Shown: positions 1-10,769, counted from the stretch's first letter. The stretch is DNA of 64,000 bases from Gemmatimonadota bacterium (GCA_022825725.1 JAJDWE010000055.1:28919-92918); one strand, 5' to 3'. The notes: generated from the sequence alone by a model not told the origin. Numbers and translations: made by a program.

Positions 1-205
1 ACGTGCCTGAGACGAGGCACGCGCGACATGCGCCGGACGAACTTGAAGGGCGGCCCGTGGCCGCGCTGCGGGAAGTCGGCGGTGTCCGGCGCGTCCGGTA
101 CCGTGCTCTCGTCGAGCGGTTGATAGATGCCGTCCCGGTACCGGCGTCCCTCCTCGTCGCTCGCGGCGATCGCGTCCGGCGCCAGGGCCCCGGATCCGGG
201 TTCGT

Positions 206-1045
206 TCAAGATGTGGGCGGGTCGAAGCGTCCCTCGGGCACCGTCTCGCCCGCGGCGACGTCCTCGAAGTAGATGAAGCGGCCTCCGCCATCGAGAAGCC
301 GGGTCATGGCGAACCGGATGTCGCCGACGGGCTCCCAGTCGGACCACCAAATGACGTCCCCGGGCGCCTCCGCCCGCCCCAGGTGATACTGCCAGGCGAC
401 CATCCGTCCGGACTCATCGAGGAAGCCCCAGTACTGGTCCTCGGTCACACCCAGGCCCTGGTCGAAGCCGAGGTGGATCACGTCGTAGACCTTGCCGTCG
501 GAGAGCGTGCGAGTGCCCTCATACGTGAGGTGCACGCCCGGGTCTTCCCACTTGTAGGGCATGATCGCCCAGTAGGTGTCGTTGATGAAGGCACCATAGC
601 CGCGCCGGAGCGCGGAATCCCGCGCGGCGCCGGCCAGCTCCTCGCCCCCGACCCACGCGCGTCCGGACGGAACCTTCTCGAGCTCGGCGTGCGGCTCGAC
701 TTCGTTCACGTTGAAGAGCAGGAGGTGGGACGTTCCGTCCTCCGCCCAGGCGACGCGATACCGTCCGTCGTACCGGTCCCACGAATGTTCGCGGTTTGCC
801 ACCACCTCGCCATCGCGTTCCACGATCCAGCGGAACGACAGGTATCGCGTTCGATCCCACGCCTCCCGTCCACCGAGACTTTCGGCGAGACGCGCGGCGT
901 GCATGGCCGCGGTGTTGTCCGGCGCCGCGGCCGCTGCGGCGGTCCCTCCGCCGTCTTCCTGCGCCCCGTCGGCACACCCGACGAACGCGGACACCGCCAA
1001 CACCACAATGGGTCTGTGCATGGGACCTCTCCGGACGGGCTCCAA
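206..1045 (-). CDS. hypothetical lipoprotein. Probable true start is the ATG at 1021 (MHRPIVVLAVSAFVGC, signal peptide plus lipobox). No recognisable domain.
   Basis: ORF 206..1045. Hydrophobic N-terminus with an L-A-V-S-A-F-V-G-C lipobox, and the ATG at 1021 was checked in the sequence. Trp/Tyr/Asp-rich body with no family I can name. Confidence 0.5.
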   Translation of the reverse strand: MEPVRRGPMHRPIVVLAVSAFVGCADGAQEDGGGTAAAAAAPDNTAAMHAARLAESLGGREAWDRTRYLSFRWIVERDGEVVANREHSWDRYDGRYRVAWAEDGTSHLLLFNVNEVEPHAELEKVPSGRAWVGGEELAGAARDSALRRGYGAFINDTYWAIMPYKWEDPGVHLTYEGTRTLSDGKVYDVIHLGFDQGLGVTEDQYWGFLDESGRMVAWQYHLGRAEAPGDVIWWSDWEPVGDIRFAMTRLLDGGGRFIYFEDVAAGETVPEGRFDPPTS

Positions 1046-1108
1046 AAGCGAAGCCGGAAGCTAGTGTCGTGTCCCGGAAATTCGCCATGCGAGCACCGGA
1101 GACCGCTG

Positions 1109-3604
1109 TCAACCTTCGAACTCGAACTCGGCCTGCGAATCCTCGCCGGTTTCGCCGCGGGGAGGAGATCCGGCGCGCGCAGGGCGTCCCGAGTGCATCG
1201 GGTGTACCGCCTCGACCGCAACGCCCGCCGGCAGTCGCACGGCCGGGCGCCCGGCCTCGCGAGGAGAGCGACGGATCACGCTGGCCGCCGACGTCGCCTC
1301 CACGGAGCCATCGGACAGTTCCCACGCGACCTCGTCCGCGTCGTGCGCTTCGGTGAATCCCACGAGGCCGCCGGTCCGCTCTCGCTCGGGGAGGACGGTG
1401 AACCCCTTGCCCGCCCGTCCCTGGACCTTGAATTCCGTGAACGGAATGCGCTTTCCGTAGCCCGCGGCTGTCGCCACGAGCAGGTCTGAATCCGCGCGCG
1501 GAGCCGCTGCGGCGACTACGACATCGTCCCGCGCGAGGTCGATGGCTTTGACCCCGCGCGCCGTGCGGCCCATCACGCGGGTGGCGGACTCGGGGAACCG
1601 GATCGCCTGGCCCGACCGCGTCGCGAACAGGAGGTCCCTGCTCCCGTCGGTGACGAACGCGGCCGCGACCTCGTCGCCGCGCGCGATGCCGGCACCGATG
1701 ATCCCTGCGCTCCGGGCGTTCGCGTACTCGGACAGCGCCGAGCGCTTCACGTGCCCCCGTCTGGTGGCGATGACGAGGAACCGGTCATCGGCGAAGGTCT
1801 CCGCTGCGAGCAGCGCGACGATCTCGTCTCCCAGCTCCAGCTCGATGAACTCTTCCAAGTGGCGGCCCCGGGAACTCCGCGTGCCCCTCGGCAGCGCCGA
1901 GACGGGTAGCGCGTGCGCGTTGCCGCGGGCCGTGATCGCGAGGAGCGTATGCGCTCCCCGCGTCAGGAATGCGTGGCGCGCGAAGTCGCCTTCGCGGGCG
2001 GACAGCACTTCGGCGCCCGCCATCCCCCCGCCGGTCGCGGCCGGCTGCGCCTTCACGTAGCCGCCGCGACTCACCAGCACCAGCTGCGGCTCGCCCCCGC
2101 CACCCTTCGACAGCCGGAACTCCGCGTCATCGTCGAGGATCTCCGTCCGCCTGGGGTCGTTATAGCGGAGTGCGAGTTCCCGGATCTCGTCGCGCAGGAA
2201 TCCCCGCCGGGCCGCCTCGTCCTCTACGAGCGCGGTCAGACGCGTGATCTCCTCTCGCAGCGTCTGCAGTTCCTCCGCCAGCCTGTCCCGCTCCAGACCC
2301 GTCAGTCGGACGAGCCGCATCGCAAGAATCGCGTCCGCCTGCCGCTCCGTGAGGTTGAACGCCGCGAGGAGTGCCTTCCGCGCGCCTGCCGGCGTCTTCG
2401 AGCCGCGGATGATGTCGATGACGCGGTCGATTTCGTCGAGCGCCGTCCGCAGCCCCTCGACGACGTGGGCGCGGTCCCGGGCGCGGTCGAGGTCGTGCGC
2501 CGCGCCGCGGCGGATCACGGAGAGGCGGTGGTCGATCCACGTACCGAGGACTGTTCTCAGGTCCAGCTCCTCGGGCTTGCCATCGACGAGCGCGAGCATG
2601 ATGACGCCGAACGTGTAGCGGAGCTGCGTCTTCTTGAACAGGGTCGCGAGCACCTTCTTCGGCTTCGCGTCGCGCTTGAGTTCGATCACGAGCCGGATCC
2701 CGTCCCGGTCCGACTCGTCGCGCAGGTCGGTGATCGCGTCCGCCCGCCCGGCGCGCACGAGCTTCGTGATCTGCTCAATGACGCGCGTCTTGTTCACCTG
2801 GTAGGGAAGTTCCGTGACGATCAGCGAACTCTTACCGAACCGACCTTCCTCCAGGTGGACCCTCGCGCGCATGTCGAGTCGTCCGCGCCCGGTCCGGTAG
2901 GCGGACTCGATGCCGGCCCGGCCCTGGATGTATCCGCCCGTCGGGAAGTCCGGCCCGGGCAGGCGGGCGAGCAGCTCGTCGCTGTCGCAATGCGGGTTCG
3001 CGACGAGGTGGTCGACCGCGGCGAGGAGCTCCCCGGCGTTGTGCGGCGGGATCTTCGTCGCCATGCCGACCGCGATCCCGTCGCTGCCGTTCAGCAGGAG
3101 GTGCGGCAGCCGACACGGCAGAACCACCGGTTCGGTCAGGCGCCCGTCGAAGTTGGGCCGCGTGTCGACGGTGTCGCGCTCGATGTCGGCGAGGAGGTCC
3201 ATCGCGACCGGCGTCATCCGCACTTCGGTGTAGCGGTAGGCAGCGGCCGAATCGCCATCGATCGAACCGAAGTTCCCCTGACCGTCGATGAGCGGATAGC
3301 GCAGCGAGAAATCCTGGACCATGCGGACGATGGTGTCGTACACCGCGCCATCCCCGTGCGGGTGATACCGGCCCAGCACGTCGCCCACGACCGTCGCGCT
3401 CTTCTTGTGCGGGCGCGAGGGGCGCATCCCCTCCTCGAGCATCGCGTACAGGATTCGGCGATGAACGGGCTTCAGACCGTCGCGGGCATCGGGGAGCGCG
3501 CGCTGCACGATGACGCTCATGGAGTAGTCGATGAACGACTCGCGCATCTCCTGCTCGAGCGCGCGGCGTTCGATGCGTTCGTGCTGCAGGGTGCCTTGCG
3601 TCAC
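1109..3604 (-). CDS. gyrA: DNA gyrase subunit A
   Basis: 831 aa. N-terminal ...[27 protein letters not shown]...[50 protein letters not shown] is the canonical GyrA/ParC catalytic region including the active-site tyrosine. The C-terminal β-pinwheel region contains QGRAGKG, close to the GyrA-box QRRGGKG, and the length fits GyrA rather than ParC. Confidence 0.85.
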   Translation of the reverse strand: MTQGTLQHERIERRALEQEMRESFIDYSMSVIVQRALPDARDGLKPVHRRILYAMLEEGMRPSRPHKKSATVVGDVLGRYHPHGDGAVYDTIVRMVQDFSLRYPLIDGQGNFGSIDGDSAAAYRYTEVRMTPVAMDLLADIERDTVDTRPNFDGRLTEPVVLPCRLPHLLLNGSDGIAVGMATKIPPHNAGELLAAVDHLVANPHCDSDELLARLPGPDFPTGGYIQGRAGIESAYRTGRGRLDMRARVHLEEGRFGKSSLIVTELPYQVNKTRVIEQITKLVRAGRADAITDLRDESDRDGIRLVIELKRDAKPKKVLATLFKKTQLRYTFGVIMLALVDGKPEELDLRTVLGTWIDHRLSVIRRGAAHDLDRARDRAHVVEGLRTALDEIDRVIDIIRGSKTPAGARKALLAAFNLTERQADAILAMRLVRLTGLERDRLAEELQTLREEITRLTALVEDEAARRGFLRDEIRELALRYNDPRRTEILDDDAEFRLSKGGGGEPQLVLVSRGGYVKAQPAATGGGMAGAEVLSAREGDFARHAFLTRGAHTLLAITARGNAHALPVSALPRGTRSSRGRHLEEFIELELGDEIVALLAAETFADDRFLVIATRRGHVKRSALSEYANARSAGIIGAGIARGDEVAAAFVTDGSRDLLFATRSGQAIRFPESATRVMGRTARGVKAIDLARDDVVVAAAAPRADSDLLVATAAGYGKRIPFTEFKVQGRAGKGFTVLPERERTGGLVGFTEAHDADEVAWELSDGSVEATSAASVIRRSPREAGRPAVRLPAGVAVEAVHPMHSGRPARAGSPPRGETGEDSQAEFEFEG

Positions 3605-3681
3605 TGCCGTGCCTCCTCTTCCGCCTCAACCATCCTCGTCATCATCATCCCGCGCCGGCCCCGGCCGGCGGGACCCTGGTG

Positions 3682-4158
3682 CTACTCACACAGCAGGTCG
3701 GCCGTCGCGCGCTGCGCTTCGGAAGGTGTCGCGGGCATGGCGATCAGGAAGCCCTTGCGGTTCGCCGCATCGGGCAGATGGATCAGCATGGGACCCGTCG
3801 GGAACGGGTCCGGCGCGCGCGCCGCGAGTCCTTCCTCCGAAATCGTGAAGAGGCTTCCGGGCTCCAGGCGGGAAGCGAGCCACGCCCCATAGGAAAGCCA
3901 CGCCGCCAGCGCCTCTCCGCCCCCCGCCACGCCTTCCACCTCCGACCGGTAGCGTGCGACGGCACGCTCGTAGGCTCCCGCATCGCGGGTCTTCAACCGC
4001 CGAAGGAGTGGCCGGTAGAGGGGTTGTACGTCCTCGATCCCGTGCTCGGCCAGCGCCTGCGCGTAGGTCTCCGTCATCCCATCCTCTCCGTCCACCTGGT
4101 GTGGCGTCGCAGAATCCGCCACACTGCCCCGCGCGTCCGTTTCACGGGTCCGCCACAT
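3682..4158 (-). CDS. hypothetical protein. The start may be the internal Met at about 4077 (MTETYAQALAEHG...).
   Basis: 158-aa ORF co-directional with fmdB and gyrA and 78 nt upstream of the gyrA start. No recognisable motif. Confidence 0.4.
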   Translation of the reverse strand: MWRTRETDARGSVADSATPHQVDGEDGMTETYAQALAEHGIEDVQPLYRPLLRRLKTRDAGAYERAVARYRSEVEGVAGGGEALAAWLSYGAWLASRLEPGSLFTISEEGLAARAPDPFPTGPMLIHLPDAANRKGFLIAMPATPSEAQRATADLLCE

Positions 4159-4189
4159 TCACATGTCCCGGGGCGTCCGCCCGCGGGGA

Positions 4190-4435
4190 TCAGTCGTTAT
4201 GGGCCAGTTCGTACTCCCGCTGCGCTCGCGTGCGTTCGCTCCCGAGCTTCGCGTCGCGTTTCTTCGCCGCGGCGAGCGACCGTTCCCTGCGGGCATCGGA
4301 GTGGACGCGTGGGAGGGAGATGAGTCGGTCCAGCTCCGCACTCCCGCATGAAGCGCACGCGGGCGTCATCGACCCCCTCACGAGGAGTTCGAACTCGTGT
4401 GAGCACTCGCGGCACCGGTACTCGTATATCGGCAT
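4190..4435 (-). CDS. FmdB-family zinc-ribbon putative regulatory protein
   Basis: MPIYEYRCRECSHEFE...CASCGS is the hallmark FmdB CxxC...CxxC zinc ribbon. 81 aa. Confidence 0.8.
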   Translation of the reverse strand: MPIYEYRCRECSHEFELLVRGSMTPACASCGSAELDRLISLPRVHSDARRERSLAAAKKRDAKLGSERTRAQREYELAHND

Positions 4436-4600
4436 GGCCCCTCCAGTCGCGCGGTACTCCGCAGCATGCTTTTCAACGGTCTCGCGGGCAAGTCGCCCCC
4501 TGCCTCACCGATCCCCCGCGCGGTTCCGGCTTTGACAGACTCCGACCGCCGGTCGGATAATGCCGGATCGCTACCCGGATCCGCACCGAGAGAAGACTCC

Positions 4601-7423
4601 ATGCCATACGCATCGCGCACCTGCGCCCCCTCGACGATCGTGCTCGCGCTCCTTGCGGCCGTACTCGCGCCGTCAGCGCCCGCCCATGCCCAGGACGGAA
4701 CGCGTGATGACGATGCGGAGACCGTCATCAACACCCCCGGGCACCCGCTGCTCCAGGGGTTCCGGTGGCGGTCCATCGGCCCGACGGAGCAGGGCGGCCG
4801 CGTCGACGACCTCGCGGTCCACCCCGAGGACACGCGGATCTTCTACGTCGGCTTCGCGACCGGCGGCCTGTGGAAGACGACGAACAACGGGACGACATTC
4901 GAGTCGATCTTCGACAGCTACGAGACGCACTCCATCGGCGCCCTCGCCCTCGCGCCCTCCGATCCCGAGGTCCTCTATGTGGGCACCGGGGAGGCGAACA
5001 ACCGGCAGAGTTCGTCCTTCGGTTACGGGGTCTACAAGAGCACCGACGGCGGCGCCACGTTCGCGCACATGGGACTCCGGGAGACGCAGAGCATCGCCCG
5101 CGTCCTCGTCCACCCGACGAATCCGGATGTCGTTTGGGTAGCCGCGGTCGGCCACCTCTTCGGCCCCAACGCCGAGCGCGGCGTCTTCAAGTCCAGCGAC
5201 GGAGGGGAGAGCTGGCGTCACGTGCTCGCGGTGGACGAGGACACCGGCGCGACGGATCTCGTCATGGACCCTTCGGATCCCGACGTCCTGTTCGCCTCCA
5301 CCTATCAGCGTCGACGCAACGTCTGCTGTTTCGTCGGCGGAGGGCCGGGAAGCGGAATCTGGCGGTCCGGGGACGGCGGAGAGAGCTGGTCGCCCGTCGA
5401 GGGAGGCGGGCTGCCCGCCGGCACGCTGGGCCGCATCGCGCTCGCCATGACGCCCGCCGACCCCGATGTCGTCTACGCCCAGATCGAAGTCGCCGCGGAT
5501 CGTGAGACGCCGCTATCCGAGGAGGAGCAGGACGAATGGCGCAGGCTCGCGAGAGTCGATTCCCTCCCTCCCGACCCGCAATGGTCCGGAGTCTGGCGCT
5601 CGGCGGACAAGGGCCGCACGTGGGAGTTCCGGAGCAACGAGAACGGACGCCCCATGTACTTCAGCCAGATCCGCGTCTCCCCCGAGGATCCGGATCTCGT
5701 CTATACCGTGGATCAGCGGGTGTCGAAGTCGCGCGACGGCGGCCGCACCTGGGAGGTGCTGAGCGGGTACGGTCACGTCGATCAGCACGCCGTCTGGATC
5801 AATCCGGCCGACCACGATCACCTCGTGATCGGCAACGACGGGTCGGTCGATGTGAGTTGGGACCAGGGCGAGACCTGGGAGGCGCTGCGGCCGTGGGCCG
5901 TCGGGCAGCCCTATCACGCCTCCGTGGACATGCGGCGCCCCTACTACGTGTGTACGGGCCTTCAGGACAACGGAAGCTGGTGCGGGCCGAGTTCCGTGCG
6001 CTCGGGGCCGATCCTCTCGGAGGACTGGTATCGCGTCGGCGGCGGGGACGGGTTCTACACGCAGGTGGACCCGACGGACCCGGCGATCGTGTTCGTCGAA
6101 TCCCAGAACGGGCGGCTCCGGCGCGTGGATCTGCGCGAGGGCGTCACGCGACCCATCACGCCCCAGGCTCCGGATGAGGAGGATCCCGCGGACACGAACA
6201 TCGCCCCCGCCCCGTCGCCGGACACCGGGATCCGGTGGAACTGGAATACGCCCTTCCTCCTCTCCCCGCACAACCCGCGCACGCTGCATGCGGGCGGCAA
6301 CCGCTTCTTCACGTCGCGCGACCGGGGAGAGACGTGGACGATGAGCCCGGACCTCTCGAAGGACATCGACCGGGACGCCGAGGTTCTGATGGGGGTGGCC
6401 AACCGCGTCCCGCGATGCAACCAGTTCGAACGCGGGACGGAGTGCACCCTGTCGCGCAACGACGGCGTCTCGATGTGGGGCAGCATGACGTCCATCGCCG
6501 AGTCGCCCATCGTCCCGGGCCTTCTCTGGGCCGGGACCGACGACGGCAACATCCAGGTGAGCCGCGACGGCGGGGCGACGTGGACCGAGGTGAGCCGGAA
6601 TCTCCCCGGCGGTACGACGCGGCACTACGTGTCCCGGGTGGAAGCCTCGCACGTGGATGCGGCGACCGCGTACGTCTCGATCGACGGGCACAAGAACGAC
6701 GACCTGCGCCCCTACGTGTACGTGACCCGCGACTACGGCGCGACGTGGGAGGACATCACGTCGAATCTGCCCTCGTTCGGAAACGTGAACACGGTCCGAC
6801 AGGACCCGCGGAATCCCCGCCTCCTCTATGTGGGCACCGAGTTCGGCTTCCACGTCTCGTTCGACGAGGGCGGCACATGGCACGATTTCATGCCGGGCCT
6901 GCCCGTGGTCCGCATCGACGACGTGCTCGTCCACCCCCGCGAGAACGACCTTGTGCTCGCGACACACGGCCGCAGCATCTACGTGCTCGACGACGTCACG
7001 GCCCTCCAGGCGATGACCGACAGCATCCAGGCGAGCGACGCACACCTCTTCGACCCGCGTCCCGCCGTCCTCTGGAAGAACGACATCCAGCGCCGCCGCT
7101 CCCTCACGGGCGACAAGAACTGGACGGGCGAGAGCGCCCCCGCCGGCACGATGATCCAGTACTACCTGGGCTCTCCGGCCGACGTGTCGATCGAGGTCTC
7201 GGAACTCGCCACGGGGAGAGTCGTGCGGGACCTCGAGGGGACCGGCCGGCCGGGCCTGAACCGCGTCGCCTGGGATCTGCGCATGAACCCGGGCCTCCAG
7301 AATCAGGGCGGGGCCGGACTGCCCGTGTCCCCGGGCATGTACCGCGTGACGCTGACGGTGGGGGAGGCCACGCGCTCGGCGCTGCTGGAGGTGCTGGAAG
7401 ACCGCTGGCTGCAGGCGCCGTGA
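4601..7423 (+). CDS. secreted BNR/Asp-box repeat protein, sortilin/VPS10-like or glycosyl-hydrolase-like
   Basis: ORF 4466..7423. The ATG at 4601 (MPYASRTCAPSTIVLALLAAVLAPSAPAHA signal peptide) was verified and is preceded by GAGAGAAG. There are about 10 Asp-box motifs (S-x-D-x-G-x-T-W/F: STDGGATF, SSDGGESW, SGDGGESW, SADKGRTW, SRDGGRTW, SWDQGETW, SRDRGETW, SRDGGATW, TRDYGATW, SFDEGGTW). Confidence 0.8.
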   Translation: MPYASRTCAPSTIVLALLAAVLAPSAPAHAQDGTRDDDAETVINTPGHPLLQGFRWRSIGPTEQGGRVDDLAVHPEDTRIFYVGFATGGLWKTTNNGTTFESIFDSYETHSIGALALAPSDPEVLYVGTGEANNRQSSSFGYGVYKSTDGGATFAHMGLRETQSIARVLVHPTNPDVVWVAAVGHLFGPNAERGVFKSSDGGESWRHVLAVDEDTGATDLVMDPSDPDVLFASTYQRRRNVCCFVGGGPGSGIWRSGDGGESWSPVEGGGLPAGTLGRIALAMTPADPDVVYAQIEVAADRETPLSEEEQDEWRRLARVDSLPPDPQWSGVWRSADKGRTWEFRSNENGRPMYFSQIRVSPEDPDLVYTVDQRVSKSRDGGRTWEVLSGYGHVDQHAVWINPADHDHLVIGNDGSVDVSWDQGETWEALRPWAVGQPYHASVDMRRPYYVCTGLQDNGSWCGPSSVRSGPILSEDWYRVGGGDGFYTQVDPTDPAIVFVESQNGRLRRVDLREGVTRPITPQAPDEEDPADTNIAPAPSPDTGIRWNWNTPFLLSPHNPRTLHAGGNRFFTSRDRGETWTMSPDLSKDIDRDAEVLMGVANRVPRCNQFERGTECTLSRNDGVSMWGSMTSIAESPIVPGLLWAGTDDGNIQVSRDGGATWTEVSRNLPGGTTRHYVSRVEASHVDAATAYVSIDGHKNDDLRPYVYVTRDYGATWEDITSNLPSFGNVNTVRQDPRNPRLLYVGTEFGFHVSFDEGGTWHDFMPGLPVVRIDDVLVHPRENDLVLATHGRSIYVLDDVTALQAMTDSIQASDAHLFDPRPAVLWKNDIQRRRSLTGDKNWTGESAPAGTMIQYYLGSPADVSIEVSELATGRVVRDLEGTGRPGLNRVAWDLRMNPGLQNQGGAGLPVSPGMYRVTLTVGEATRSALLEVLEDRWLQAP

Positions 7424-7450
7424 GACGGCGCGAGCGAGCCGCGGGGCCGG

Positions 7451-8701
7451 CTATCCGCCGGCCATCGAGTCGAGGAACTCCTGGTTCGTTTCCGTGCGCT
7501 GCAGCCGCTCGATCATGAACTGAATCGCCTCGGCCGGCGGCATGTCGGAGAGGAAGTTCCGCAGCAGGTACATCCGGTTGAGTTCGACCTCGTTCAGGAG
7601 GAGTTCCTCCTTGCGCGTGCTCGAGCGGTTGAGGTCGATCGCGGGGTAGATCCGCTTGTCGGAGATCTGGCGGTCCAGGAGAACCTCGCTGTTCCCCGTG
7701 CCCTTGAACTCCTCGAAGATGACCTCGTCCATCCGACTGCCCGTCTCGATGAGCGCCGTCGCGATGATCGTGAGGCTGCCGCCCTCTTCGATGTTCCGCG
7801 CCGCGCCGAAGAACCGCTTGGGCCTGTGGAGCGCGTTCGCATCCACGCCGCCGGAGAGGATCTTGCCCGAGTGGGGGACCGTCGTGTTGTAGGCCCGCGC
7901 GAGTCGCGTGATCGAGTCGAGGAGGACCACGACATCGTGCTGGTATTCGACGAGCCGCTTCGCCTTCTCGATCACCATCTCCGCCACCTGAGTGTGGCGG
8001 TCCGCGGGTTCATCGAAGGTGGATGAGATGATCTCCGCCGGAACGTTCTCCTCCATGTCCGTGACCTCTTCGGGCCGCTCGTCGATGAGGAGCACGATCA
8101 CCTTCGCGTCCGGCTGGTTCTCCACGATCGCGTTCGCGATCTTCTGCAGCAGGATCGTCTTCCCGGCCTTGGGCGGCGAGACGATGAGGCTGCGCTGCCC
8201 TTTGCCGATCGGCGCGATGAGGTCGAGAATCCGCATCGACACGTCGCCGTCTTCCTGCTCGAGGACGAGCCGTTCCTCCGGATACCGCGGTCGCAGGTTG
8301 TCGAACGCGATCCGGTGCTTCGCCTTGTCCGGGTCCACGCCGTTCAGCGTCTCCACCTTCAGCAGGGCGAGGTAGCGCTCTCCCTCCTTCGGCGGCCGCA
8401 CGCGGCCCTGGATGGTGTCTCCCGTCCGCATGTCGAAGCGCTTGATCTGCGACGGGGAGACGTAGATGTCGTCCGGGCCGTACAGGTAGTTCCAGTCCTG
8501 GCTCCTCAGAAAGCCGTAACCCTCCGGCAGAATCTCGAGGACGCCCTCGCCCCGGAGGACGATGTCGGAATCGAGGAGATTCTGCTCGATCCGAAAGATC
8601 AGGTCCTGTTTTCGAAGGCCCGAGAAGTTGTGAATGTCGAGTTCTTCGGCCATGTCATGAAGTTCGCCGATCGACTTCGACTTGAGTTCGGCGATGTCCA
8701 T
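7451..8701 (-). CDS. rho: transcription termination factor Rho
   Basis: N-terminal [23 protein letters not shown] (Rho N-domain), an OB/CSD region, and Walker A in [11 protein letters not shown], with full-length colinearity to Rho. The true start is the ATG at 8701 preceded by GGAGGAAGG. The annotated ORF extends to 8812 but its N-terminal 37 aa are not Rho-like. Confidence 0.9.
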   Translation of the reverse strand: MDIAELKSKSIGELHDMAEELDIHNFSGLRKQDLIFRIEQNLLDSDIVLRGEGVLEILPEGYGFLRSQDWNYLYGPDDIYVSPSQIKRFDMRTGDTIQGRVRPPKEGERYLALLKVETLNGVDPDKAKHRIAFDNLRPRYPEERLVLEQEDGDVSMRILDLIAPIGKGQRSLIVSPPKAGKTILLQKIANAIVENQPDAKVIVLLIDERPEEVTDMEENVPAEIISSTFDEPADRHTQVAEMVIEKAKRLVEYQHDVVVLLDSITRLARAYNTTVPHSGKILSGGVDANALHRPKRFFGAARNIEEGGSLTIIATALIETGSRMDEVIFEEFKGTGNSEVLLDRQISDKRIYPAIDLNRSSTRKEELLLNEVELNRMYLLRNFLSDMPPAEAIQFMIERLQRTETNQEFLDSMAGG

Positions 8702-9254
8702 CGCCTTCCTCCGGAAGAGAGTGAGCCGGGCTGCAGTCATGCCGCGTGCGGCATGATCGGTTCGTGAGGTGTCCTGCTTGCGGCCGGGGGATGTGGTCCG
8801 AGGTGGACCCACCGACCATAATGGTGCCGCCGGGCACGGTCAAGGCGACCGCGCCTCAACGATCACTGCGACCCTCGAGCGCCGGATGGCCAGACACAAT
8901 CGCGAAGGAAGAGGACTCGACCAGCTCGGCAATCTCTGGCGGATAAGCTATCAGCCCGACTGGTTCCGTTTGTTGAAGTTGTCGCGGCCGGTGCCCGGCG
9001 GGCGCCGCTCCTCCCGCACGCTGTGCCGCAATCCGGCGCGTACGGCGGACGCGGAACCCGGCCGATCCGTGCGGACGCGGATCACGGCTGCGGATGGGTC
9101 CGTCGACGTGGCGGTCTCCATCGAAGACCGCGACCAGGTCGTCGACCATGTCATCATCGGGATTCGCCGAAAGCGCGGCAGGAAGACGGAACTGCTCAAG
9201 TTCGCGGTCCACGGCGGCCTTCCGAAGCGGAGGCTCTAGGAGGGCTACGGACGG

Positions 9255-10238
9255 CTAGAAGACGCGGACGCGCAGCCAGCGCGACGGGTTGTAGCCGAGA
9301 TCTTCCGCCAGTCCGGCGGCCGCCGTGCGCAGGGCGGCGAGTTGACGTCGGATTTCCTCATCCATCAGCGCCCGGCCCGCCGTTCCCTCGCCGCGGTCCA
9401 GCCGCTCGGTGATCGCCGAGAGTCGCGACATCACCGCGTCCAGCGCCTCGAGCGTCGTTTCCAGATTCTGAACGGCGCTCGCCATTTGGGGCGCGGCCTC
9501 CCAGGTCGCCAGCCGTCCATGCACCCGTCGCGCCGCCGCGCTCACGAGCGTGTCCGTCGCGAGCCCGACGAGCGAGGAGCGCCGAAGGTCTAGCTGGAGC
9601 AGTTCCTCCAGCGACTCGAGACTGCCTTGCAGTCCGGCCAGCGTGCCCGGATCCTCGCGAAAGCGGGCGAGCGAGCCCTGGTCCGAACCAAGCACGTCCC
9701 GCGCCTCGGTGGCGTCGACTTCGAGCGTGCGCACCGCCTGTAGCAGCGAATCCGACAGCGCCATGACCGTCTCCGGATCGATCGGCGGACCGGAAGCCCG
9801 CAGCGTGTCCGCGTAATTCCAGGGGGGCGCGGAGCCCGAGCCCGGGTTCACGGAGAGGACGACGGGCGCCACGAGATCCGATGGCCGGACGTCCGCGGTG
9901 GCATCCGCCCGCAAGATGGGCTCGGCGACCCGGTCGATGACGGCGTCGATGATGACGTGGCTCTCGAACGGCCCATCGCGGTCGCTCTCTTCGGGAGGCT
10001 GGAAAGAGACCGACAGGACGCGCCCCACCGCCCTCCCCGCCACCCAGACCGCGGAACCCGGCCCGAGCCCCTCGGCCGAATGGGCCAGCGCCGTGATTCG
10101 CGGGCCCTCGAGCGTCGCGCGGACGATGAGTTCGATGACGGAGACTGCGGCCGCAAGGACGATCGCGCAGGCAGTCAGGATCAGGCCCCGTCGGGCCCGG
10201 GTGCGCGCGGCGTCTGAAGTGAGGTCCGTTCGGATCAT
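9255..10238 (-). CDS. MlaD/MCE-family protein (outer-membrane lipid asymmetry / Mce domain)
   Basis: N-terminal TM (LILTACAIVLAAAVSVIELIV) followed by an Mce/MlaD domain (RITALAHSAEGLGPGSAVWVAGRAVGRV) and a long C-terminal helical region. Confidence 0.7.
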   Translation of the reverse strand: MIRTDLTSDAARTRARRGLILTACAIVLAAAVSVIELIVRATLEGPRITALAHSAEGLGPGSAVWVAGRAVGRVLSVSFQPPEESDRDGPFESHVIIDAVIDRVAEPILRADATADVRPSDLVAPVVLSVNPGSGSAPPWNYADTLRASGPPIDPETVMALSDSLLQAVRTLEVDATEARDVLGSDQGSLARFREDPGTLAGLQGSLESLEELLQLDLRRSSLVGLATDTLVSAAARRVHGRLATWEAAPQMASAVQNLETTLEALDAVMSRLSAITERLDRGEGTAGRALMDEEIRRQLAALRTAAAGLAEDLGYNPSRWLRVRVF

Positions 10239-10395
10239 CCCTGAGCAAACCCACTTCCGGTCGCGGCGTCAAGGTGGGACCCGCCAGTTCGGGCGGTGGG
10301 GGAGATGCGGTTTGAGGCGACCCCCTCGTACCGGAGATTCGCGTGCCTTGTTGCGCCCTGCCGCGCCCATTCACGCATCACAAAGGAGAGGAACC

Positions 10396-10764
10396 ATGTC
10401 GAGAACCGTGAACCGGGTCATTCTCGTCGGAAACGCCGGCAGCGACCCCGATGTGCGGGAGACCGCTTCCGGCACCGCCGTCGCACATCTGTCGCTCGCG
10501 ACCAACCGCGTGTTCCGCAAGAACGGGGAGACCCAGCGTCGTACCGATTGGCACCGGCTCACGTTCTGGCGTCGTCAGGCCGAGACCGTCGGCGAGTATG
10601 TGCACAAGGGTTCGCGCCTCTACGTCGAGGGCCACCTCGAGTACGGGTCGTTCGAGCGTGACGGAATCGCGATCCCCACCGTGGACGTGGTCGTGGAAGA
10701 CATGGTGATGCTGGATCCGCGACCGGACGACGCGGCGGCCGACAGCGCCGAACTTCCGCAGTAA
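10396..10764 (+). CDS. ssb: single-stranded DNA-binding protein, short tail-less form
   Basis: MSRTVNRVILVGNAGSDPDVRETASGTAVAHLSLATNR...WHRLTFWRRQAETVGEYVHKGSRLYVEGHLEYGSFERDG is a classic SSB OB fold. The ATG at 10396 was verified and is preceded by AAAGGAGAGG. Only 122 aa, ending ...AADSAELPQ with no acidic DDDIPF tip. Confidence 0.85.
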   Translation: MSRTVNRVILVGNAGSDPDVRETASGTAVAHLSLATNRVFRKNGETQRRTDWHRLTFWRRQAETVGEYVHKGSRLYVEGHLEYGSFERDGIAIPTVDVVVEDMVMLDPRPDDAAADSAELPQ

Positions 10765-10769
10765 ACCTC

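Noticed and set aside
3-272. 89-aa ORF at the 5' edge of the window
   Set aside because: It overlaps the 3' end of the lipoprotein gene on the other strand, has no motif and no ribosome-binding site, and is not distinguishable from noise. The region 1-205 is too short to call anything.
2160-2540. Extremely Arg/Pro/Gly-rich short ORFs (protamine-like) scattered throughout, for example 2160..2540 and 25836..26078
   Set aside because: They are composition artefacts of >70% GC sequence read out of frame. None has an SD or occupies a gene-free gap.
1913-3892. 659-aa ORF on the plus strand fully antisense to gyrA, plus several nested 90-260-aa ORFs
   Set aside because: It is Arg/Ala/Pro-rich low-complexity sequence, the mirror of GC-rich third-position codon usage on the true coding strand, with no motifs and a clear housekeeping gene opposite.
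5513-7045. 510-aa minus-strand ORF inside the BNR-repeat gene
   Set aside because: It is antisense to a gene with strong periodic Asp-box evidence, and its composition is typical of high-GC shadow ORFs.
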